Shown here piece by piece: positions 1-11,912 of a stretch of DNA of 64,000 bases (position 1 is its first letter; each line of letters opens with the position of its first letter). The notes beneath the pieces are model-generated. The model was given only the letters and a program-made list of their open reading frames with translations. It was not told the origin of the DNA and did not search any database. The position numbers and the translations under genes are program-made. The DNA lies in contig JAPDFW010000055.1 in assembly GCA_028826165.1 (NCBI GenBank), positions 372,001 to 436,000 of the forward strand, given 5' to 3'. The stretch comes from Anaeramoeba ignava BMAN (Eukaryota; Protista; Anaeramoebae).

Positions 1-863
1 CCACACAACTAATTCAGAATAAAACAACGAGAATGAATTTCATTTAATATTTTATTTTATGTTTAAAATAATTTTTATTATTTAGATATTTAAACATATA
101 AATATAAAAAATGGGAATAGATTTAATTTAATATTTAATTTATAAATTAATTTAAAAATATAATTTAATATTTAATTTTATTATTAAAATAATAATTTAT
201 TGTTTTAAATTTAAATATTTTATTTATTTTAAATATTTAACATATAAATATAAAAAATAAGAATAGATTTAATTTAATATTTAATTTATAAAATAATTTG
301 AAAATATAATTTAATATTTAATTTTATTATTAAAATAATAATTTAATGTTTTAGATTTAAATATTTTATTATTTAAAAATATTTTGAAAATTGATTTTTG
401 AAATTAATTTAAAATTAAAAATTTTATTATTTTTTGAATTAAATTTGAATTTAAATATTAATATTTGAAATTTGTTTTAAAAATATAAAAATTTTATTAA
501 TAATTTTAAAATTCAAAAATTGATTTTTGAAATTTTAAATTAAATTGAAAATAATTTTTGAAAATTTTTTTAAAATTTAAAATAATAATTTTTAAAAAAA
601 AATTAAATTAAAAATTAAATTAAAATAATTTTCCTTTTTTTTAATAATAAAAATTAATAAAAATAATAATAAATTTTAAAATAATAAATTAAAAAGAAAA
701 TTAAATTAATTATTAATTTAAATTTATTCTTATTTTTTATATTTTTATTTATTTTCAAAATCCACTTTTTTTATTCATTTTTTTTTCAATTTTTTTTTTC
801 ATTTTTTTCCTTTTTTTTTAAACACAAAAAACAAAAAAAACAAAAAACAAAAACAAAAACAAA

Positions 864-2569
864 ATGGATAATAATAATAATAATAACCAAATTGAAAATG
901 CAAATCAAAATGCAAATCAAAATGAAATGAAAAATTTAGAAAAAAAAGTAACAAAAAATTTAATTAAAGATTATTCAAACCTTTTAAATGGAAATTCATT
1001 TAAAGATTTTTCAATTTTTGTTGAGAATGAATCAAATCCTTTTGAAATTAAAGTTCATAAATCAATTTTATCTTCAAGATCTTCTTTTTTTAATGAGTTT
1101 TTAAAAGGGAAAAATGAGATTGATAAAATTTTTTTAAATCAATTTAATAAAAAAGAAATGGAATCAATTTTGAGTTATATTTATTATGGAAATATTTCTT
1201 TTGAGAATCAAGAAAATCTTATTCAATTATTAGAAATTTCAATTTATTTTAAATTAAATTTATTGAAAGAAATTATTCAAAAAAAAATTTCAAATTCAAT
1301 TAATTATTCAAATTTTTTCCAATTTTTATTCCAAAATCGAAATTTAAATTCAAATGAAATTGAAGTAAAATGTTTTGAATTAATAAATCAAAATTTTTTC
1401 CAAATTCAAAATAATGAAAATTTATTCAATTTAACTAAAGAAGAAATTATCAAATTTATTCAATTTAAACAAGAAAAAAAAGAAATTTTTCAATTTGATT
1501 TTTTTCAATTTTTAAATAATTGGATTAAAAAAAGAAATAAAAAATTAAAATTAAAGAAATATAAACACCAAATGAATGCAAAGAAAAGATTATTTCATTC
1601 TTTTTTTTCATTATTTGATAAAGATTCAATTTCAAAACAAGATTTTGATAAATTAAAACAATTTCAAATTTTTCTTCCCAAATCTATTTTCATCAAGAAG
1701 CAAAAAAAATTAATTCAAGACAATAAGATTCAAGAAAAGAAAATTCGAAGAGAAAGAAAAGAAAATTAAAAGAAGAGATAAAAGAATCAAATCATTTGAA
1801 TCAGATATTCGAAATTTGAAATCTGAAAATAAGAAGAAAGAAAAGGAAATTGAAGAGAAATGGAAGAAAGAAGTTGATAAAATGAAACCAATTTTTGATA
1901 AATATCGAGATCAATATCAAAAAGATTTGGAATATGAAAAGAAAATGAAAAAACAATTACAAAAGATTTTTTCAGATTCCGAAATTGTTCAAGATATTGA
2001 ATATGTTAAGAAATTAAAAGAATGGATAAATGATAATGATTTTTTTTCTAAAATGAAAAAAGGATTTTCAGCCAAAAGAGATGGATTTAATTCTCAAAAT
2101 TGGCATAAAGCAGTTGATGGGAAAGGAAAAACATTAGTTATTATCAAAACAAAACAAAATTTTATTTTTGGAGGTTTTACTCAAGTTGGATTTAAATATG
2201 TTCAACCAGATTCAGATTTAGATTCAGATTCAGATTCAGATTCAGATTCAGATTCAGGATATATTCCAGATTCAAATGCATTTATTTTTTCATTAAGAAA
2301 TGATAAAGGAGATAGAATACCTGCAAAGTTTACAATTAAAAACACCTCAACATGCAATTTTTTCTGATTTAAGTATTGGTCCAGTATTTGGTAATGAAGG
2401 AAATCCTGATTTTTATTTAGAATCTAATTTACAACCTGGTTGGTCAAATTTTGGTAGAAGTTATAATCTACCTAATGGAATTACTTATGAATCAAATGAA
2501 GCTCAAAGTTATTTAGCTGGTTCTTATGAATCATGGGTTGTTGATGAACTTGAAACTTATTTTATTTAA
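864..2569 (+). CDS. BTB/POZ - coiled coil - TLDc domain protein (split over three ORFs by two apparent frameshifts near 1750 and 2340)
   Basis: BTB motif FKDFSIFV...IKVHKSILSSRSSFF; TLDc motifs FSAKRDGFNSQNWHKAVDGKGKTLVIIKT...FIFGGFT, AFIFSL, GPVFG, YLAGS...ELETY; ORFs 864-1769, 1816-2367 and 2300-2569 join into one protein; (GATTCA)n encodes a DS tract at ~2208-2256. Confidence 0.85.
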
Positions 2570-3033
2570 AAATTAATTAATAATAAGAAAATCAAACTTT
2601 TTTTTTTAATTTTTTTTTCAAAATTTAATTCAATTTTAATTTACTTTTAATCAAATTAATTTCTTTAAAATAATAAATAAGAAACAAATTTAATTTTAAA
2701 TAATTTAATTTTAATTTAAAATATTTATTAAAAATTTAATTAATAAAAATAATCCAAAAAAAAAAATAATAAATTTTAAAAATTGAATATTTTTAATATA
2801 ATAAATAAAAATAAAAATTGAAAATAGAAATTAATAATAATTAAATTTAAATTCATTAATTAAAATATTAAAATAAAAAAAATCAAATAAAATTTATTAT
2901 TAATTAATATTTAAATATTAATAAATTATAATCAAAATCAAAAATAGAATAATTATTAAATTATTTTTAGAAAGTTTATCTTATTCAATCATGTTAAATT
3001 CAATTTATTTAAAATTTTTAATTTTTAATTTTA

Positions 3034-3820
3034 TTTTTAATATATTTTATTATAATTAAAATTGGAATAATAAATAATTAAAAATATTAATATAATAAAT
3101 AAAAATATTATATCAAATCAAAATAAAATAAATTTAAATTAAATTATTATTAAATATTATTAAAATTAAATATATATCTTTATTAAAATATTTATTCCAC
3201 TTTTTAATATATTTTATTATAATTAAAATTGAATAATAAATAATAAAAAATATTAATATAATAAATAAAAATATTATATAAAATTAAATTTAAAATAAAT
3301 TTAAATTAAATTATTATTAAATATTATTAAAATTAAATATATATCTTTATTAAAATATTTATTCCACTTTTTAATATATTTTATTATAATTAAAATTGAA
3401 ATAATAAATAATTAAAAATATTAATATAATAAATGAAAATATTATATTAAAAATAAAATAAAATAAATTTAAATTAAATTATTATTAATTATTATTAAAA
3501 TTAAATATTTATCTTTATTAAAAATTTCAATTTTTTTTTCAATTTTATTTAATTATTGAGAATAATTTTACATTATTTTAAATAAAGAAATATTAATAAA
3601 ATATATAAAATATAATTAATTCTAAATTTAATTATTTAATATTCTTTATTCCATTTTTGAAATAAATTAATTAAAATATTTTATTAATTTTATTAAATTA
3701 TTGGGAATAATTTTATATTATTTTAAATAAAAATATTAATAAAATATATAAAATATAATTAATTTTAAATTGAATTATTTAATATTCTTTATTCCATTTT
3801 TGAAATAAATTAATTAAAAT
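3034..3820. repeat. Intergenic tandem repeats: 3 x 167 bp followed by 2 x 145 bp
   Basis: tttttaatatattttattataattaaaattg at 3034, 3201, 3368; aattattg(a/g)gaataattt at 3551, 3696. Confidence 0.85.
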
Positions 3821-3918
3821 TAAGAATGATTTTTCTTTTTTATTCTTTTAAAAAAAAAAAGTGGAATTGGAATGAAAATTTGGAATGAAAATTAAAATGA
3901 AGTTTTTAAATTTGAGGT

Positions 3919-6910
3919 TTAAATTCTTTTAAAGAAATAAATGTAACCAGTTCCAAAATAAGGATCATCATCAATAACAACTTTTGAATCATTAAAAAGA
4001 ATCCATTTATCATTTTTCTTAATATAAGCAACATAATGACCACTTTGTGGAGTTGAACCCATATGAACAATAAAAGAACTCAAAACAAACTTTGCATGTT
4101 TTTTTTCTTTATCATTTTCATTTTCAATTTCGCATAAATTTTCATCATCATCAAAAACAACATCATCTTGTGATTTTTCTTGTTTCTTTGTTGATTCTTG
4201 AATCATTAGCATTTCAATATCGTCTTGATGATTAAATAAGTAATCAACAGCTCTATCCGGATTATTTTGTGTTTGTCTTAAAGCAAATATTGATTGTTCT
4301 TTAGAAAATCCCATTGAAGTAAGTTGTTCAATAATAATTGGATCATCAACAAAATCATCTTTTTGTTTTTCTTTAAAGGAAAAAGGAACATCAATATCTG
4401 GATCATCTTGATGCTCCAATAACCAATTTAACGCTATTTCTGTGCTTGCGTTTTGTGTTGTTAATGCTGCTTTTTCTGCTCGATTTTTTGGGAATCCAAA
4501 TAGTTCAAGTTGTGAAACAATATTCTCATCAGCAACTGGAATTTTTTCAGTTAATTTCATTTCGTTTCCAAGTTCATCTTCTTCGAAAAGTTGTTCATTT
4601 TCTGGTGGGGTTTTTGCTCTTAAAAATTCCAAATCAATTTCTTCATCAACAGGTAAATTAATGTTGATATCCATTTTATGTGGAACCCATTTCCTCAATC
4701 TGAATTTATTTATACTCACAATCAATATTTCTGGGAATGTAATTAATGATGAACTTTTTGAATAGAAAGAATCGCCACAAATTGGGCATCTCAATTCAAC
4801 GGTATCAACTGCAATAAAGTTATCTAATAATTCTTTTAGGGAGACTTCAGGGATTTTGTTTTGTTTTTTCCATTCTTCTTCATTCCATTTTTCTTCTTTT
4901 TTTTGGGTTTCATTTTTGGCATTTTCTCTTGAAATTTGGTATTCTTCTTCTTTATCAACAACATATTCTGGGATATTTAAAGGAAGATGAATTGAGGATA
5001 ATTTCTGGTATTTTGCTCTTTTGCATTTATTGCATTGAAGTTTTGATTGGTGAGTAAAATTGAATGAAATTGATGGATCAGCTTTTTCTTGATTTTTGTA
5101 TTTGTTTTCTTGTTTTTTTGTTTGATCCAATAAATATAAAAGGAAATCAAGTGAATCTTGTTGAAGCATAGTTGAAAATTCTGGGTGATTTTTTCCAATT
5201 AAAGATTTAAACATTCTTGGTGAAATTGAAGTTAATTCTTTTTCTGGTTTTTGATCTTCAAGAACAATTTGAGTTGAATATTCTCCACTTAATAAACCAT
5301 GAGCAATTTTTCTCATTTGAGCACCAAAATCATCTGCTGGATTAATTAAGATTTGTTTATTTTCTCTTTTGGATAATTTTCCTGAATAATATCTTGTTAT
5401 AAATGGGTTGAATGAGAATAAGACTTGCAATGAAGAAGCCATATAACATGAATTTCCAAGATTTCTTAATCCAGTTAAACCAGGACCAGAAATTGGAGTT
5501 AATTTTTTACCATCCTTAATTAAAGTATTTTCGAAATCGAGAGCCAAATTTTGTTCTAGTTCCTTGATAATATTAAATTTTAGATTAAATTTTAAATTAA
5601 ATTTTAAATTGAATTTTAAATTAAATTTTAAAATAAATTTTGAATTAAATTTTAAATTGAATTTTAAATATTAAATTGAATTAAATTAAAATAATAAAAT
5701 TGAATAATAAATTTTAAATATTAAATTAAATTTTAAATTAAATATTAAATTAAATTAAATTTTGAATTGGATTGAATTGTAAATTTTAAATTAAATTTTA
5801 AATATTAAATTAAATATTAAATTTTAAATATTAAATTAAATAATAAAATTGAATAATAAATTTTGAATTTTAAATTAAATTTTAAATAATAAATTGAATT
5901 AAAAATTGAATTAAATTAAATATTAAATTAAATTGAATTGAATTGTGAATTAAATAAATATTTGTAAATCTACCATCTCAGCAATAGATTTCTCAGTTTT
6001 CTTTTGATCTGAAACATCAATTCCCAAATGAATTAAATGAAGAGGTAAATTTTTATCAATAACTTCAGCATCACAAGCATAACAATGAACATCAGCATCA
6101 CCATCAGGGGTAATAGTACCAATTTTAACAACCAAAGGATGGCCAGATTGCCTATAATGAAGAACAGCATGTTCATTGCCACCTGAACCATCATAATTTC
6201 TTCTTCCACAAGCAATATGACCACAAGTTAAACAAAGCCATAAATTATGATCCAAATTGCATTCCATACAATGTTTTGAATTTCTGATTAAATCTTGATT
6301 TACTTCTAATTGAACAAGTCCTTCGCAATGTTTGCACGTGAATTTCTGCGCTTCCCATTCTTTGATTTCTTCTTGTTTTGTTGCCGAATTGAAATTTTTT
6401 ATTGATTCAATTGTTTTTTTTAATTTTTCACTTGTTTCTTCAATTTCTTGATATGAATAATTTTCTCCATCTTTATTCCATTGTCTGATTGCATAAAAAT
6501 ACTCGTATTTCTCTTCATCTTTTTCTTCTTGAAATCCTCCTTCAATTCCAATTGCAACTTTTGTTATTTTTTCTTCTTTTTCTTCTTTTTCTTCTTTTTC
6601 TTCTTTTTCTTTTTTAATTCTTCGAATATTCAAAACAAATGGATGTGAATATTCAATAGCATGTCTTGCGCTGTGATTATGTGTATAACATCCTCCATTG
6701 AAACAAGTTAAACACACATCAATCCCTTTTTCTGAATCCTTTTTATTTTTTTTTTCGATAAACAAAATTTTATTATTTTTTTTTTGCTTTTTTTTTGATT
6801 GTTTTTTTTGATTTTGTTTTTACAATTGTATCAAAACATTCAGTGCATTCTTCTTTATAAATTTGTGTGTTTGAATTTGGTAAATTAATGTAATCTGAAA
6901 TATAATCCAT
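3919..6910 (-). CDS. USP5: Ubiquitin-specific protease 5/13 (isopeptidase T, Ubp14-like); exons 6910-6824, 6738-5974, 5562-3919
   Basis: Cryptic N-terminal UBP domain, ZnF-UBP (NLWLCLTCGHIACGRRNYDGSGGNEHA), Cys box GLRNLGNSCYMAS, two UBA domains, His box HMGSTPQSGHYVAY...WILFND; GT-AG introns 6739-6823 and 5563-5973 join in frame. Confidence 0.95.
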
Positions 6911-6957
6911 TATTTCTTTTTTTTTTGGAAAAGAAAAAAATGAAAATAGAAAAATGA

Positions 6958-8140
6958 AAAAATATTTTAATAACATTTTAAAAAGAATTAAATCAATTTT
7001 AATCATTTTCAATAATAAATTTCTCTTTTATTTAAATTGAAATGATATTTTCTTTTATTAACTTAATATAAAATTATTTTAAAAATTGAAATAAAATTGA
7101 AAAATATTTTAATAACATTTTAAAAAGAATTGAATAAAGAATATTAAATAAATAAATTTAGAATTAATTTTAATTTTATATTTTATTAACTTTTCTTTTA
7201 TTAACTTAATATAAAATAAATTTAGAAATTGAAATAAAATTGAAAAAATATTTTAATAACATTTTAAAAAGAATTAAATCAATTTTAATCATTTTCAATA
7301 ATAAATTTCTCTTTTATTTAAATTGAAATAATATTTTCTTTTATTAACTTAGTATAAAATTAATTTAAAAATTGAAATAAAATTGCAAAATATTTTAATA
7401 ACATTTTAAACAGAATTGAATAAAGAATATTAAATAAATAAATTTAGAATTAATTTTAATTTTATATTTTATTAACTTTTCTTTTTATTAACTTAATATA
7501 AAATAATTTTAAAAATTTAAATAAAATTGAAAAATATTTTAATAACATTTTAAAAAGAATTAAATCAATTTTAATCATTTTCAATAATAAATTTTCTTTT
7601 ATTTTAAATTTTTATGATATTTTCTTTTATTAACCTAATATAAAATTATTTTAAAAATTGAAATAAAATTTGCAAAATATTTTAATAACATTTTAAAAAG
7701 AATTAAATCAATTTTAATCATTTTCAATAATAAATTTCTTTTTTATTTAAATTGAAATAATATTTTATTTTATTAACCTAATATAAAATTATTTTAAAAA
7801 TTGAAATAAAATTTGAAAAATATTTTAATAAAATTTTAAGCAGAATTGAATAAAGAATATTAAATAAATAAATTTAGAATTAATTTTAATTTTATATTTT
7901 ATTAACTTTTCTTTTATTAACTTAATATAAAATTAATTTTAAAAATTGAAATAAAATTGAAAAAATATTTTAATAACATTTTAAAAAGAATTGAATAAAG
8001 AATATTGAATAAATAAATTTAGAATTAATTTTAATTTTATATTTTATTAACTTTTCTTTTATTAAATTAATATAAAATAATTTTAAAAATTGAAATAAAA
8101 TTGGAAAAATATTTTAATAAAATTTTAAAAATAATTGAGT
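6958..8140. repeat. Tandem array of eight ~143-bp units in two variants (order A B A B A A B B plus a partial unit)
   Basis: Anchor aatattttaataa(c/a)atttt recurs at 6961, 7103, 7247, 7389, 7533, 7676, 7819, 7964, 8108; middle is either ttaaatcaattttaatcattttc (A) or ttgaataaagaatatt (B). Confidence 0.9.
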
Positions 8141-8364
8141 AAAGAATTAATTCAAGAAATGAAGAAATGAAGACAGATCAGTTGTCGTCTTTTGTTAATT
8201 TTAATTAAATAAAATAAAAAAGAAAAAAGTGGATAGTTTTATTTTTTTAATTTGGGTTTTTAAGAAAAAAATAAATCAAAAAAACAAATTCATTTTTTTA
8301 TTTTTATTTTTATTTTTTCTAAATCAAATCAAAACAAAATTGAAAAACAAAATTGAAAAACAAA

Positions 8365-8856
8365 ATGGCAAATCAATCTGAAGAAAACAAAATGCAAATT
8401 TATGTTAAAACTTTAAAAGGAACATCTCAAGCTTTTGGTATTAGTAATGATGAAACAGTTGATACTTTGATGAATAAAGTGGAAGAACAATTGGGAATTA
8501 AAAAAAAGGAACAAAGATTAATTTTTGGAGGAAAAAATTTAATTTCAGGAAAGAAAATGACTGATTATCGAATCAAACATGGTTCAACAATTCATTTGGT
8601 TTTTCGTAATATTGGAGGAATGAGTCAAATTTTTGTTAAAACTTTACAAGGAAAATCTAAAGCTTTTGATATTACTAATGATGAAACAGTTGATACTTTC
8701 ATGAATAAAGTGGAACAAGAATTTGGAATTCAAAAAGATCAACAAAGATTACTTTTTGGAGGAAAAAATTTAATTTCAGGAAAGAAATTGACTGATTATC
8801 GAATCAAACATGGTTCAACAATTCATTTGGTTTTTCGTCAACTTGGAGGAAATTAA
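8365..8856 (+). CDS. Tandem di-ubiquitin-like protein (two divergent Ub-fold units, each ending in GG)
   Basis: First ATG 8365; unit 1 8392-8619 MQIYVKTL...TIHLVFRNIGG, unit 2 8620-8850 MSQIFVKTL...TIHLVFRQLGG followed by N-stop; about 35/76 identities to ubiquitin by manual alignment of unit 2. Confidence 0.9.
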   Translation: MANQSEENKMQIYVKTLKGTSQAFGISNDETVDTLMNKVEEQLGIKKKEQRLIFGGKNLISGKKMTDYRIKHGSTIHLVFRNIGGMSQIFVKTLQGKSKAFDITNDETVDTFMNKVEQEFGIQKDQQRLLFGGKNLISGKKLTDYRIKHGSTIHLVFRQLGGN

Positions 8857-9151
8857 ATTTGTTTTCTTTTTTCTTTTTTCTTTTAATTAATTTTTTCTTA
8901 AATTTCAATAATAAAATATTATTTTTCCAAAACTAAATCTTTGTAATTTTAATTTTAATTTTATTTTAATTTTGATTTTAATTTTGATTTTGATTTTGAT
9001 TTTGATTTTGATTTTGATTTTAATTTTGATATTTTGATTTTAATTTTAATTTTAATTATCAAATTTCTTAATTAATAAATCAAATAAATTTGGATTTGTT
9101 TGATTTAATTGGAAATAATAAATTCCAATTTTAATTTCTAAAATAATCCTT

Positions 9152-11243
9152 TTAAAAAATCAAGCATTTTGAATTTTGTTTTTCTTTTTTTTCTTTTTCA
9201 AGTAAATTTTCAATTTGATTTGCAATTTCAATTTGATTTATGTTTTCAATTTGATTTATGTTTTCAATTTGATTTATATTTTCAATTTGAATATCATTTA
9301 TATTTTCAATTTGATTTTGATTTTGATTTTGATTTTGATTTTGATTTTGATTTTGAATTTGATTTTGATTTTGAATTTGATTTTGATTTTGATTTTGATT
9401 TTGATTTTGATTTTGATTTTGATTTTGATTTTGATTTTGATTTTCAATTTGATTTTGATTTTGATTTTTATTATTAAATTTGTTAATTATTAAATCAAAT
9501 AAATTTGGATTTGTTTGATTTAATTGAAAATAATCAATTCCAATTTTAATTTCATTAATTATTTCTTGTGTAATTTCGATTTCATTTTTAATTTGATTTG
9601 AATAAATCCAATATTCTAATATTTGAAATGATTTATTACTTAATTCACTATAATCTGTAACTTTATTAGATTTATCTTCTGTTACAGATAAAAACATTCC
9701 TCGATATAATTCACTTCTCATTATTAATATTAATTTAGGAAATTTATATTGTTTTTCTTTTCTTTCAATTATAAAATCTTTTTCATTTTCATTTTCATTT
9801 TCATTTAAATAAATTCTTTTCATTGTTTCTTCAATTTTTTCATTTGAATTTATAATTTCTTTAATTTCAGAATATAATTTTGGATTTATTTTGGAATTGT
9901 TTGAATAAATCATTTCAAATATTTGATTTGATTCTTTAATTGATTTTTTTGAAATAATTCCTTGAAGTTTTTCAATTTGATTTTGATTTAATCTATATTT
10001 CAATATTAATTTATGAGCTTCAATTATTTCTCCATTTTCTGTTTTAAATGAAATATCACAAAATTCATTTCTTTCAAATAATTTTATCAAATCTTCTTCA
10101 AGATTGGAAAAAAAAGGATGAGAAGGAATAATAAAGAAATGAATTTTCAGCTCCACAAAGAATATGATATTTAGAAATATTTTCATTAAATCTTAATTCA
10201 GGAAGTTTAATTTGAATTGGAATTAATTGTTCTTCTGTATCTCCAGTTCCTAATTTACCGGAATTATTATTTCCAAATCCAATTAATTTTGAATTGGAAG
10301 TTAAAATCAAAGTTTGATTACTTCCAACAGAAAAATCAAGAATATCATCATCATTTTCAAATAAAGATAATTTGATTTCAGTAAATTCATAAGTATCTTC
10401 ATCTTTGCCAAATCCATTAAATCTGTTGTGACCACATGAATAAAGTTTTCTTTTTGGATTTTGATTTTGATTTTCATTTTCATTTTCAATCAACATTATT
10501 GAATGAAAAGCCCCACATTTAATATCAATTATTTTGCCTTTTGGAATATTTTGGATTTTGGTTAATTTTGAGATTCTTCTTTCTTCTTTTCTTGATTTTC
10601 CTAATCCAAGTTCACCATTACCATTATATCCACATCCAAATAATTCTTGATTTGAATTTAAAAGAAAAACAAAAGATGAGTTTTTTCCTGAAAATATTTT
10701 AGAAACATTTTTCATCATTAAAATTGGTTTTTGTGTTTTTTCAAGTGTTTCAGAATCAAAACCAAGTTGACACAAATCATTATCACCAATTCCATAAGCA
10801 TTTTGATTTGAAGTTAATAAGTAAATTGAATTAGAAGCAGAAGCAATATCTTGAATTATTCTATCATTTTTATCTTCAATTAATGATGAAATATTGATAA
10901 ATTGATTTCTATTCATTATTAAACCTTTGACAAATACATTTCCTTCTTTTGTTAAAATAGCTTCATTATGAGAACCAATAGTTACTTTTTGAATATTTTC
11001 TTCAATTTGAATTTTTGAAGGATTTTGTTTTGAATCATTTAAATATTCTATTGCTTTTCCATTTTTAAAAAGGAAAATTGTTGAAAAAAAACCTGAAAAA
11101 ATTTGTTTAATTTGTTTTTCATTTTCATTTTCATTTTCATTTTCATTTTCAAATTTAAATTGAATTGGTTTTATTATTGAATCTGGTTCATTTTTGATAA
11201 GTTTTGGATAGTAATTTGAACCAAAAAATAAACAATCATTCAT
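9152..11243 (-). CDS. RCC1-repeat plus tandem BTB domain protein with N/Q tail (frameshift near 10110)
   Basis: RCC1 repeats (GCGYNGNGELGLG, FGNNNSGKLGTG), BTB motifs CDISF...EAHKLILKYRL and FPKLILIMRSELYRGMF; colinear with the uninterrupted paralogue at 58495-60279. Confidence 0.9.
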
Positions 11244-11912
11244 TTTCTTTTTTTATTTTTTAAATTTTTTTTAATTTTTTGAAAAGAAAAAAATGAAAAA
11301 ATTTTTTAATTATTTTTTTTTTATTCTTTTTTTTTTTTCAATTAAAAAAAATTTTTTTTTCATTTTTTTTTTTTCATTTTTTTTTTTATACTTTTTTGGA
11401 TCTAAATTAAATCTTTTTCTTTTACTTGCACAAGTTTACTTTTTAAAAAGACTCAAAACCAAAAGAAATAACAATAAAAAGTTACAAAAAAAAAATGTTT
11501 GTTAATTTTGAAGAAAAAAAAAGCAAATTTTTACAAAAAAAAAAACGAATTTGAATGAGAAAAAAATTCTATCACAATTTCGAAGAAAAATATAAATGAA
11601 TTTTAATTTTAAATTTTATAAATGAATTTTAATTTAAATTTTAATTTGAATTTTAAATATAATTTTAATTTTAATTATAATTTTAATTTTAATTTTAATT
11701 TTAATTTTAATTTTAATTTTAATTTTAATTTTAATTTTAAATATTAATTTTAATTTATAAATGAATTTTATTTTTAATTTTAAATTTATAAATGAATTTT
11801 ATTTTTAAAATTTTTAATTGATTTTTTTTTAAAATTTTTCATTCCCATAAAAACACGCAAAACCACAAACACAAAACTCTCACACTACACAACAAACTTA
11901 CATTAAAAAGAG

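Noticed and set aside
6958-8140. CRISPR-like look (constant repeat with variable middle)
   Set aside because: Only two recurring cores, units too long, eukaryotic context, no cas genes
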